Shown here in pieces: positions 32,701 to 41,498 of a stretch of DNA of 64,000 nucleotides. Where the stretch lies: positions 2,604,001 through 2,668,000 of the forward strand of contig CAKKNE010000004.1 in the NCBI GenBank assembly GCA_918797485.1. Reading direction: 5' to 3'. The stretch comes from Pelagomonas calceolata. Lineage: Eukaryota. A program made the translations under genes and the position numbers. A model generated the notes under the pieces. The model was not told the origin of the DNA. It saw only the letters and a program-made list of their open reading frames with translations, and made no database searches. Position 1 is the first letter of the stretch. Each line of letters starts with the position of its first letter.

Positions 32701-32977
32701 CTATTGCCGGCGCCGCGACTCGCAAAACGACTGCTTTTGCTGAGGGTTACGCCGTGCCAAAAAGATTTCCAGCATCCCTCATAGCAGTCCAGTCGCCGCC
32801 GTGCAGCGATAAGGGCGGCCAACTAACGCCTTGAGCCCTTTGCACAGCACCAGGCCTCGCTGTCAAGGCTCCAACGCGACGCAAGCGACGCAACGCGACG
32901 CCAGCAAGCAACACTACGCCAACGCGACGCCAACGACGCGACGCAAGGACGCGCCACCGACGTAAAACCGAAGCGCG

Positions 32978-33265
32978 ATGAACGCCGTCAACCAGATCCC
33001 CGAGCACCAGAGGCCGGCCTTCATGGCTAGCCTCGAGGCCATGCAGACCAAGGATTCATTAAGGATGTACAACGACCTGGTGGAAAGGTGCTACCTGCAG
33101 TGCGTGACGTCGTTCCGGTCGCAATCATTAAATGAGACGGAGAAGACCTGCGTCGCGAGCTGCGCCGAGAAGTACATCAAGCTGACGCAGCGCGTCGGCT
33201 TTCGCTTCGCGGAGCACCAGGCCCAACAGGGCCAGAACGCGCAGCTCACTAACGATGATACTTAA
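32978..33265 (+). CDS. TIM9: Small TIM chaperone Tim9
   Basis: KDSLRMYNDLVERCYLQC...EKTCVASCAEKY..LTQRVGFRFAE (twin CX3C). Confidence 0.92.
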   Translation: MNAVNQIPEHQRPAFMASLEAMQTKDSLRMYNDLVERCYLQCVTSFRSQSLNETEKTCVASCAEKYIKLTQRVGFRFAEHQAQQGQNAQLTNDDT

Positions 33266-34389
33266 AAGTCCGGGGGATCCGCGTAGTTCACGGCCGCTCC
33301 CCTTGAACGCGCGCGCGCCGGCGGCGGCCGCGGCGGCAGCGTCTTCAGGACGTCCTCCCTGGACTCGTCGTTTTCGGAGTCCTCGTCCATGGGGTCGTCG
33401 CCTTGCCTCGACCCGTCATCATCGTCCTCAACAACCTCCTTCGCAGGGGCCTCAGGCGCCGCTGCCGTCGGCGGCGGCGAGAAGCGCTTCTGGAGGGTCG
33501 GATCCACGAGCGTCACCCAGCCGTGACTTATGTCGTAGGGTATGTCCGCCCTCCTCGCGCCGAGCGCGAGCATGTCTCTGATATTTTCAGCGCCTTTATA
33601 TTGATCATACAACAGCGCACTCTTCGTCCCCGCTTTTTTGGGGTTCCGCTGTTGTATTTGTATGGCATAATTGCCATCTATGAGTTCTTGCACATCAGCA
33701 GCGTCCAATTTGGGCCGCGGCGCCGCGAAGGTCCACTTGTAGCCGCCCGCGCTTTCGACAGCACCCTTGCAGCACTGTAGAACCTCCTGCGGGTCTGTCA
33801 ATGACGGCACGTTGTCCACAGCGCGCCTCGCCGAGACGAACTGCGCTATTAACGCACCACTCTCCAAATCAAATTGCAAGACACTACGATGCGTGTTCGC
33901 CTTGCTTTGAACATCAGCAACATACCGCGACTTGATGGGCCCCTGGTGCTTGCGATGCCAGTCCGACAGGGGCGGCCGGTCCCAGACTCGTATATTTTTG
34001 ATGAGTACGTCCTCCTTCGCTCCATCGAGGAAGACGACCCTACAGGTTCCATCTTCGCCGCCTTCCACAACCGTGCCGCCGAACCACTGTCCTAAATTTG
34101 CGGAGCACCTTGCCAAGACATGGGTGTCGGGCGCGTACGCGTTCTTGGAAGAGCCCGTCGTTTGGTAGCCCGTGGTCCGCTCCACAATCTTCTCCAGGGG
34201 CGTCGGCGCGGGCGGGCGGTCGTTCCTTTTCTTTTCGCGGACCGCGGCGCGCCGCGTCGTCGGGCCTGCTCTTGTAAAAGCCGCCTCCGCTTCGTCAGCC
34301 GCCTCCTCGATTGTTGCGCGCCGTTCCCTCTCCGGCTCTTCTTCCATTTCCTCGTCGAGTTCGCATTCTTGGAGATCGAGCAAGCCCAT
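33262..34389 (-). CDS. Protein with Tudor-like, NUMOD1-like and NPKK-type domains
   Basis: WFGGTVVE...CRVVFLDG; VLQFDLESGALIAQFVSARRA...CCKGAVESAGGYKWTFA; QRNPKKAGTKSALLYDQYK. Confidence 0.65.
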   Translation of the reverse strand: MGLLDLQECELDEEMEEEPERERRATIEEAADEAEAAFTRAGPTTRRAAVREKKRNDRPPAPTPLEKIVERTTGYQTTGSSKNAYAPDTHVLARCSANLGQWFGGTVVEGGEDGTCRVVFLDGAKEDVLIKNIRVWDRPPLSDWHRKHQGPIKSRYVADVQSKANTHRSVLQFDLESGALIAQFVSARRAVDNVPSLTDPQEVLQCCKGAVESAGGYKWTFAAPRPKLDAADVQELIDGNYAIQIQQRNPKKAGTKSALLYDQYKGAENIRDMLALGARRADIPYDISHGWVTLVDPTLQKRFSPPPTAAAPEAPAKEVVEDDDDGSRQGDDPMDEDSENDESREDVLKTLPPRPPPARARSRGAAVNYADPPDF

Positions 34390-34562
34390 CGTCTTGTCGG
34401 GCGCCTAGCCAGCCGAAGCGGGCTTGACCAAGTGATGCAAGTGAATGACCGCAAGCGGTGTGTGCAACCCAGCAAGCTGCGAGGTGGCGGGTCCAAATGA
34501 GCTGTTGCGCCCCCAAAAGGGCCGGCGCGGCGTCAAAAGTCGGCGCGCGCGATTCGGCGCAG

Positions 34563-34584
34563 CTAGCGTCGTGTAAGACACTAG
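34563..34584. promoter_or_regulatory. CTAG-N14-CTAG motif in a divergent promoter
   Basis: CTAGCGTCGTGTAAGACACTAG. Confidence 0.65.
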
Positions 34585-34791
34585 CACCTCTCTGAGTTTT
34601 GCTGCCGTGCGCTGCTAGAGCTCACAGAGGTCCTCGAGTGCAGCATAGGTCTTCGTTCTACTCGTGCGAGCACACCACAGCAACTGCGGCAGCGACAGCC
34701 GCTCTGGACAGCAGGGCACAGCGTGGCTGCCAGCAGCAGCAACACACTGCAGCGCGGAGCAAGACGTAAACCGAAGCGCTGCCGCACACAG

Positions 34792-35340
34792 ATGGAAACC
34801 GCCGACGCCGACGATGCGGGCCAGCACGACGACGCGTCCCAGCACGATAGGTGGATGCAAAGGGCGCTGGACCTCGCCGACGCCGCCGTGCGGCAGGGCG
34901 AGGTGCCGGTCGGCGCCGTCTTTGTCGTCGACGGCGTCGAGGTCGCGCGCGGCGCGAACGAGACGAACGCGGCCATGGACGCGACGCGCCACGCCGAGCT
35001 CGTCGCCGTGGACGCGGCGCTCGCGGAGCGGTGCGCCGTCGACTGGCGCGCGGCCACCCTCTACGTGACGTGCGAGCCCTGCATCATGTGCGCGTCGGCG
35101 CTCGCGCAGCTCGGGCTGCGGCGGTGCTTCTTCGGGTGTTCCAACGAGAAATTCGGCGGATGCGGATCGATCCTGTCCCTGCACGACCGCGCCTTCCCCT
35201 GCGTCGGGGGCCTGCGGAAGGCGGAGGCCGTCGACCTGTTCCGGCGCTTCTACGACCGCGACAACACGAAGGTCCCGAGCGACCGGCGCGGCGACACGCG
35301 GAAGAAGCGAAAGAAAGTTGGTGCGGGGGATGCTTCGTAG
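34792..35340 (+). CDS. TAD2: tRNA adenosine-34 deaminase catalytic subunit
   Basis: GEVPVGAVFV, ATRHAE, LYVTCEPCIMCASAL, FGCSNEKFGGCGS. Confidence 0.9.
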   Translation: METADADDAGQHDDASQHDRWMQRALDLADAAVRQGEVPVGAVFVVDGVEVARGANETNAAMDATRHAELVAVDAALAERCAVDWRAATLYVTCEPCIMCASALAQLGLRRCFFGCSNEKFGGCGSILSLHDRAFPCVGGLRKAEAVDLFRRFYDRDNTKVPSDRRGDTRKKRKKVGAGDAS

Positions 35341-35741
35341 TAATGTAGTTGTGTGCACCCACCCCCTCCAAAGCTTGCAAGGCAAGTGTGTTGGGGCATC
35401 GCGGGTTTTTTTCGTGGCATCGACCGCGCATCGATTTAGGCGCGCCACGCACCCGCCCAGCGCCGCGAGCCGTCGTTTTCTTGTGTCAAAGTCATCCCTG
35501 GGCCCCGTTGCCACCGCGACCGCTGGCGTCCCGGGCTTTTGAGGGTTGTGAACCAGCGAAGATCTGGCATCAGCCACCCATCGTCCAGGTCGCGCGAGGC
35601 GCCCGCACGAGGCCCGATCGCCAACGGCGGACGCGCCGAGCCGCGGCGCCAACGAGCGTTGACTGCTCAGGCGACTCGTTTACGCGACGACGCCTCGTCC
35701 TTGAATCCCGGCCCGACAAAAAATACTCGCAGGTCAAGACC

Positions 35742-36179
35742 ATGCGGTCCCTCCTCCTCGCGCTGGCCCTCCTCCCGGGCGCGGCGGCGATGGGGAGGTA
35801 CGGCGAAGGCTGCACGGAGACCCCCAACGGCCACCTGATCAAGGTGTTCGAGCTCAACGATGTTTGTGGGGGAGTCGTCCCTACCCTAGCTCTCGAAGAA
35901 GAGTGCACCGACGACACCACATACCTCCTCAGGTGCTACGACGAGTGCTTCGACAAGGAACCACCGAGGGGAGGCCAGTTCACGTGGGCCGATATCGGAT
36001 ATGATTCGCTGGGGCCGCCCGTGTGTGGCCGCGGCGAGACCGTCCCGTGTTACTGCTCGAAGTCGTGCCCGCAATTGTTCGGAGGTGACCAAGGGTCCAT
36101 CGCGGGCCCCTGCGGCGCGGATGAGCCCCTGACCGCCGACACGGGCGGCAGCGACATTCGCGCGGAGCCTGTTCCCTGA
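35742..36179 (+). CDS. Small secreted Cys-rich protein
   Basis: Signal peptide MRSLLLALALLPGAAA and ten Cys. Confidence 0.55.
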   Translation: MRSLLLALALLPGAAAMGRYGEGCTETPNGHLIKVFELNDVCGGVVPTLALEEECTDDTTYLLRCYDECFDKEPPRGGQFTWADIGYDSLGPPVCGRGETVPCYCSKSCPQLFGGDQGSIAGPCGADEPLTADTGGSDIRAEPVP

Positions 36180-36308
36180 GGTCGGCGCTCCCGCGTCCGC
36201 TCCAGACCGAGCAGACCGAGCGTCCTCCCCCTACCACTATTTATTAGGACCGTCCTTTCCCCTGAACAGGCTCCGCGCGCGTAAGAGCACCTGAATATAA
36301 AACACAAC

Positions 36309-38624
36309 CTACGACGACGCCCCCTGGAACACGTGGTCCCCGCCGACGCCGCGCGCGTCGCGCTTCAAACACGCCCGCGCCCGCGCGTCGCCCAGGACCC
36401 GCGCGAGAGCGAGCGCGTCGAAGCGCGTGTAGAGGCAGAGCGCCGTCGGCGCCGCGCCCGTGGCCTCGTCGTCGCGCGCGAACGAGAGGAGTTCCGAGTA
36501 GAAGTGGGCGTGGTCCGGCGGGCTGACGAAGACGTAGTTCGACGCTCCCCTAATCCGGTAGCGCTGGTAGAAGTGCGCCCGCCCCGAATAGAGTAAGAGC
36601 GGCGCGCGGCCGTGGAAGAAGCGCGACCGCCCGCGCGACACCTCGGAGTCTCGGGAATATTCGTGTATTGACACGAAGTCCGCGCCTTGTTCCCGCAGGG
36701 CCGCCCGACACGCCAGGAACTCGGGGTAGGACCCGCAGTATATGAGTGTCCGCGCGCCATTTATGGAAGCACCGCGCCGCCTCAATAAGGAGGGCAGCAC
36801 CTTGTCCTTGAACGCATTGACGCGCGCGTCCATTGATGAAGCTGGCGCCGCGCAGCGTATACCTCTAAACGTATGAATGATATGCGACGAGACGGCCCTC
36901 GCTAATGAACCTTTTGACGGTGGCGGCCCCGTTAGTCTAATACAACCACTTCTATTGCGCAGTTGGCCCGGTAGCGGCCGGTCCACCAACGCTCTCAGTC
37001 TAGCATCGTTGAAACTCGACAACACAATATGTTGCCTACAAGCGGAGCCATGGGCGTCGAGGAAGGGCAGCCGGACCCGCTGCACGTCCGCTTCTACCGA
37101 AGAAGGGACGCCTGATACCGCTCTTATACATCGTTCCACGGTCTCCCAGTTCTGGTACAACAAGACATCGGCCTGGTCCATGAGTAGAACTTCTACCGAT
37201 GACAATCGATCCAGGACGCCCTGCCGACCTTCTTCTTCGGCTGCGAGGCGCAATGCCAACGGCGTCGCTATGATCAGATCGGATTTCGAGCGCGTACCCG
37301 CGAAGAAGTCCACTGTTATATTCGATCGGTCGACGCGCACGCTTATTCCGACTTCACAAACGTCGTCGGTATTCCCTTTAAACACGGCCTCCCAGTCCGG
37401 CGGGCCTTCTCGCTGCATCGCGGGGTCGTCCTCGTCCACCCCTAACTCCTGCTCCAATCGTCCAGTGTGCTTCGAACTGTGTGCTAAGGCCTTGAGTGTC
37501 GTACAAACTTCCAACGCGGCCTTGCGCGTGGCCACCAGCACCAGAGCTCTGCATCTAGTAGGGCCCTGGTCCCTCCTTGTATCTTCTTCGTCGACGTCGT
37601 CGAGGTGTTTATATGTTTCTGTTGGTTTTGGAGGTACCAAGGGTGCGGACCGGCTGGCACCCTTTACTGGAGATGAGGGCGCCTCCTCCTTCGTACGGGA
37701 GCGGTCGTGGCGCAGCATGACCCTTCTCGACCGGGTGACGTGATCTAACACATGCGCGAGCGCGGCCCGTAGTAATTGCGGCCGTCTCTGGTAATCAACG
37801 TCAGACTGCACGACGTCTTTAAACGTCGATAACGCCCGCAAAAAAACGCGTTGCGATGACGTCGCCTCGTCGAAGCGCACGCCCAGTCGACGCTCCTCTC
37901 CGTCCAATCGCGCCCAGTCGACCGGCGGGCCACTTTCGGTCACATGCTCTATGGATGTAGAAGCGTACTCGGCGGCCGGGCGTCTCTCTGATAACGCGGC
38001 CACCTCCTGGGCCGTCAACGATTGGCCGAACTGCGCGTCGCAGGCCCTGGCTCTTTCTCTGCCGATCGCGTCGGCGTCGTCTACGACCTCCTCCGGCTCC
38101 TCCTCCTCGTCGTCGTCGTCCTCCTTTTCCTCCGCCTCTGCTTCCTCTTCTTCCTCCTCGTCGTCGGACTCCTCCTCTCCCGACGACGACGACGACGACG
38201 ATGCCTCGGACACCTCGCCGGCCGACGCGTCCTCGTCGTCGTCGCCGCCGTCGCCGACGATGCGCGCGCGCGCCGCGGCCGAGAGCTGCTTCCGCGTCGG
38301 CCAGGCCCGCTCGGTTGCAGGGCCCCGCAGCTCGCGCCGCCGCCGCGCTCGGCGCTGCGCCTTCGTCAGCCCTTTGGGCTTTTCCGGTGGTGGCGGTTTG
38401 GCAAAGCGCGCTTTTTGCTGCTGATGGAACTGGGCCTCTTTTACTCTCTCCCACGTCGCGATGGAGGCCTCGACCTTCTTCTGCGTGCTCCGCGCCGCGC
38501 GGGGGCCGGCCGGGATGTGCTGCTCGACGACGTCATCATCCAAGCCTTCGTCGTAGTCGCGCTGCACGCGGGAGCGCTTGCCCCCCTTTTTTTTGCCCTT
38601 GTTTTGTTGCGGTCGTTTTCCCAT
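36309..38624 (-). CDS. UTP25: U3 snoRNP-associated protein UTP25 (DIEXF/DEF)
   Basis: RDQGPTR..ALVL, SDLIIATPLALR, LSSVEVL..DQAD, HEYS...SRGRSRFFHG...LLYSGRAHFYQRYRIRG. Confidence 0.92.
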   Translation of the reverse strand: MGKRPQQNKGKKKGGKRSRVQRDYDEGLDDDVVEQHIPAGPRAARSTQKKVEASIATWERVKEAQFHQQQKARFAKPPPPEKPKGLTKAQRRARRRRELRGPATERAWPTRKQLSAAARARIVGDGGDDDEDASAGEVSEASSSSSSSGEEESDDEEEEEEAEAEEKEDDDDEEEEPEEVVDDADAIGRERARACDAQFGQSLTAQEVAALSERRPAAEYASTSIEHVTESGPPVDWARLDGEERRLGVRFDEATSSQRVFLRALSTFKDVVQSDVDYQRRPQLLRAALAHVLDHVTRSRRVMLRHDRSRTKEEAPSSPVKGASRSAPLVPPKPTETYKHLDDVDEEDTRRDQGPTRCRALVLVATRKAALEVCTTLKALAHSSKHTGRLEQELGVDEDDPAMQREGPPDWEAVFKGNTDDVCEVGISVRVDRSNITVDFFAGTRSKSDLIIATPLALRLAAEEEGRQGVLDRLSSVEVLLMDQADVLLYQNWETVERCIRAVSGVPSSVEADVQRVRLPFLDAHGSACRQHIVLSSFNDARLRALVDRPLPGQLRNRSGCIRLTGPPPSKGSLARAVSSHIIHTFRGIRCAAPASSMDARVNAFKDKVLPSLLRRRGASINGARTLIYCGSYPEFLACRAALREQGADFVSIHEYSRDSEVSRGRSRFFHGRAPLLLYSGRAHFYQRYRIRGASNYVFVSPPDHAHFYSELLSFARDDEATGAAPTALCLYTRFDALALARVLGDARARACLKRDARGVGGDHVFQGASS

Positions 38625-38825
38625 GGTTGACCTACCTCTGCGCTCGCAGCGTGTTGCTGCTGCAGTGCTGCAGCCTTTGTATGCGTGCCCTTACACGTCC
38701 GTTGCTGCGCTCAATTTGTCGCGGTTGCTGCAGCACGACGTCTGCTGTATGTAAACTGATGCAGACTGCACAGATTTGCCTCGGCACACTCTGCAAAGCC
38801 GCTTCGCCGGCTTGCCATTGCATTC

Positions 38826-38874
38826 CTAGTGTCTTACAAGCCGCTAGCGACGTCGACGCGGCTAGCACCGTAAC
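38826..38874. promoter_or_regulatory. Junction cassette: CTAG-N14-CTAG (38826-38847) plus 3' motif (38862-38874)
   Basis: CTAGTGTCTTACAAGCCGCTAG and CTAGCACCGTAAC between the HID1 stop and the UTP25 start. Confidence 0.6.
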
Positions 38875-38927
38875 ATCGACTAACGCGAGTAGAAGACGAC
38901 CCCTTACCCCCCACTCCTCAACCGAGC

Positions 38928-41009
38928 CTAGACCACCGACACCGTAAAGAGCCTGATCGCCGGGCCGTCGAACAAGGGCGGCGCCTGGTTCTGCAGGAAG
39001 ACGACGCCCCACAAAAAGGCCGTGAACCAGAGCGACGTGAACGTGTTCGGCTGGTACTTGCGGACGACGATGGCGTGCGGGACCGGGAGGAGGCCGACCA
39101 TGGTTGTGGAGCGGATGAAGCCGAGGATCGCCTCTTCATCGAGCGAGTAGTCCGCCCTCGCGATGAGCTCCTCGATCTGCGGCGCCAGATGATGCAACAA
39201 CCTCATAATGGTAGATAGAGGCAGTTCGGCCTTGACCCTCCTCAGCCATTCCGCTGAAGGTAAGAAAGCAGCGGTACCAGGAGCCACGCGAGGCAATGGG
39301 GCTTCCTCCTCACTCGGCGTATGTTCCTCGCCCTTCCTCAGAGCCGCTCGTTGCGCCTCCCGCTCGACGGCCGCAGCAATGGCGCCCGGCAGCGTCAACT
39401 TGTCCAGGGCGTCGAAGACGCTCTTTCTTCGCACGATCGCGTAGATCAAATGACTATTACCTCCATATTGATACTGGATGAGGTTGTTGAAGATCTCCAA
39501 CAAGAGAGCAACATGTCCTTGGTTGCCCTCCGCCGCGTACAAGATTCTAGGCGAGGTGAACAACTCGAACAATGAGACTAATTTCACGGCTGCCACCAAT
39601 GAGAGAGAACGAGCATATGGTGAGACATTACATAAAACCGTCAGAAAGCAGTTGTACAACGGTTGCAATCGATCACCGCCACTGACGACCATCCTATGAA
39701 GTACCACCACTACCAAGTCGGCGTGGGTTCCCTCGAAGCGAGGCAGATCCGTCGGTAGCTTCTCGTCGAAGGGTTTGTTCAACGCGACACTGAACTGCCT
39801 TTCTCCACTTAATTTCAGTAGTATGAACGTGCAGATATGGACCAATCCCACGCGCGACGGGTCCTTCCTAGATTGATGGGCCAGAAAACAGCAAGGCACG
39901 ACTATTCGACAGACGTCGCACTCCGTCAGGATGTGTTTCGCAAAATTCTCATTTAGTTCGACCAACTTCCAGACCAAGATCAAGATCTCCTGGTAGCACT
40001 CGATCTGAGCTAATGAGCCTGGTAATGTAGTATTCAAAGCTTCATGGACGTTGTTCAGTAACCGAGCCAACCCCAGAAACAGGAAGTCGAAGTTGTCTCC
40101 TCCACTGATAGATGCTAGTAATTCGCGGAAGACATTAATATCCTCGGTGGTCTTCGGAGCACCACCACCATAATCCAATAAAACAACTAAAGCCTGGGCC
40201 GCCAGCGCCACGACCGTGGCCGGCGCGTCGGACGCTAAATGCCCACCATAGGGCACACCGAGACCCGTCGGGTCGTAGGCGCAGACGGAGTTGAGTAACG
40301 CGTATAACAGTAGCTTCGCATTTGGCGCGTCTCGAGCCGTAGCAGCTCTCAGCCACCTCGAAGCCCAGGGATCAAACGTCTCCGCACTACTATAAAGGGG
40401 CTCGCAGGACGCCGCGAGTAGCAAGCGTAGGACTTCGGCCCGGTTTCTATCCAAGGCTAAGCTAGCGGCTGGTCTGGCATCTAGGCCGCCCAAGCCCGGC
40501 GCCCACAGCGCTCGCGACGGTACCAACGCATCATCCGGCTCATCTTCAAAAGCCGAGGCGTCCACGGTGAACCCCGGCAGGAATAACAAATGTAAGGTCG
40601 CATGGACGACGAGTCGCGCTAGCGGCTCCGCGGCTTCGTCATCTTCCGTCGAATCAATACCCCAGCAGAGCTTCTCGCTAAACTCATCGTGTTCCTCCAA
40701 CAGAAACGGTAGGATGCGCGTCAATACTCTGACACAGTTCAAAGCTTGACCAAAATACATCGGCACCGGCGTGTGTACTATTTGGCACAACTGCGCCGTG
40801 GCTTGCGTGAAGAGTGTGACCACATTTTCGGGTCTTTCTCGTCGTAGGTGCCGGACGTCCTCCGGCGTGATGAGTTCAAAGACGTCCTCGGCCGTGGTAT
40901 CGAGCTTCCACAGCTCGTCCCAGAAGTCGTGCGCGTCGGGGGAGACGTCGTTCTGCGCCAGCGCGACGAGGATATCGGCTAAGTCGGCTTTCGAGTTGGA
41001 GCCGCCCAT
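38928..41009 (-). CDS. HID1: HID1/Ecm30 family Golgi protein
   Basis: N-myristoylation-type MGGSNSK; NCVRVLTRILPFLLE, LLKLSGERQFSVALN, FNNLIQYQYGGNSHLIYAIVR. Confidence 0.93.
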   Translation of the reverse strand: MGGSNSKADLADILVALAQNDVSPDAHDFWDELWKLDTTAEDVFELITPEDVRHLRRERPENVVTLFTQATAQLCQIVHTPVPMYFGQALNCVRVLTRILPFLLEEHDEFSEKLCWGIDSTEDDEAAEPLARLVVHATLHLLFLPGFTVDASAFEDEPDDALVPSRALWAPGLGGLDARPAASLALDRNRAEVLRLLLAASCEPLYSSAETFDPWASRWLRAATARDAPNAKLLLYALLNSVCAYDPTGLGVPYGGHLASDAPATVVALAAQALVVLLDYGGGAPKTTEDINVFRELLASISGGDNFDFLFLGLARLLNNVHEALNTTLPGSLAQIECYQEILILVWKLVELNENFAKHILTECDVCRIVVPCCFLAHQSRKDPSRVGLVHICTFILLKLSGERQFSVALNKPFDEKLPTDLPRFEGTHADLVVVVLHRMVVSGGDRLQPLYNCFLTVLCNVSPYARSLSLVAAVKLVSLFELFTSPRILYAAEGNQGHVALLLEIFNNLIQYQYGGNSHLIYAIVRRKSVFDALDKLTLPGAIAAAVEREAQRAALRKGEEHTPSEEEAPLPRVAPGTAAFLPSAEWLRRVKAELPLSTIMRLLHHLAPQIEELIARADYSLDEEAILGFIRSTTMVGLLPVPHAIVVRKYQPNTFTSLWFTAFLWGVVFLQNQAPPLFDGPAIRLFTVSVV

Positions 41010-41226
41010 TTTGGAGAGAGCGCTGGCCCTGTCGCGCGCGTCGGCCTCAAGGATCTAGGCCGGCGGTTTTGGGGCTCCAAAAACTCCGAGGTCACACGCG
41101 GCGGCTGCGAGGTCGCGAGCGCTGCTTCAGGAATTTGAAAGCAATTGTTTAGCAGTCGACGGCTGTGACAGCGGTGGCGTAGCAACCCCGTCGGCCGGCT
41201 CGAAAAGTCGCGTAAAAAATTCGCAC

Positions 41227-41372
41227 CTAGCGTGTCTGTAAGACACTAGAAACCAGAGATAGGTAAATTGATAGGTATGCTGTTATGAAAGACGTAGCCC
41301 GCGCCCGCCGCCGATGAATCGGCCCCGCGCGGTGCCTCGCCCCAGGGGCTCCGCCCGCTCTAGCACTGTAAC
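41227..41372. promoter_or_regulatory. Junction cassette: CTAG-N15-CTAG (41227-41249) plus 3' motif (41341-41372)
   Basis: CTAGCGTGTCTGTAAGACACTAG and CCCAGGGGCTCCGCCCGCTCTAGCACTGTAAC. Confidence 0.6.
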
Positions 41373-41498
41373 ACCACCGACTCGCGCCGATCGCGGCGAC
41401 GGCGTGCTGGTGGGGTCTAGACCGCCTTTACGCCATCGACGCGCGGTCAAAGATCAGTATAACAATAGAAAAACCGATGAACACAAACAACTCCCTTA

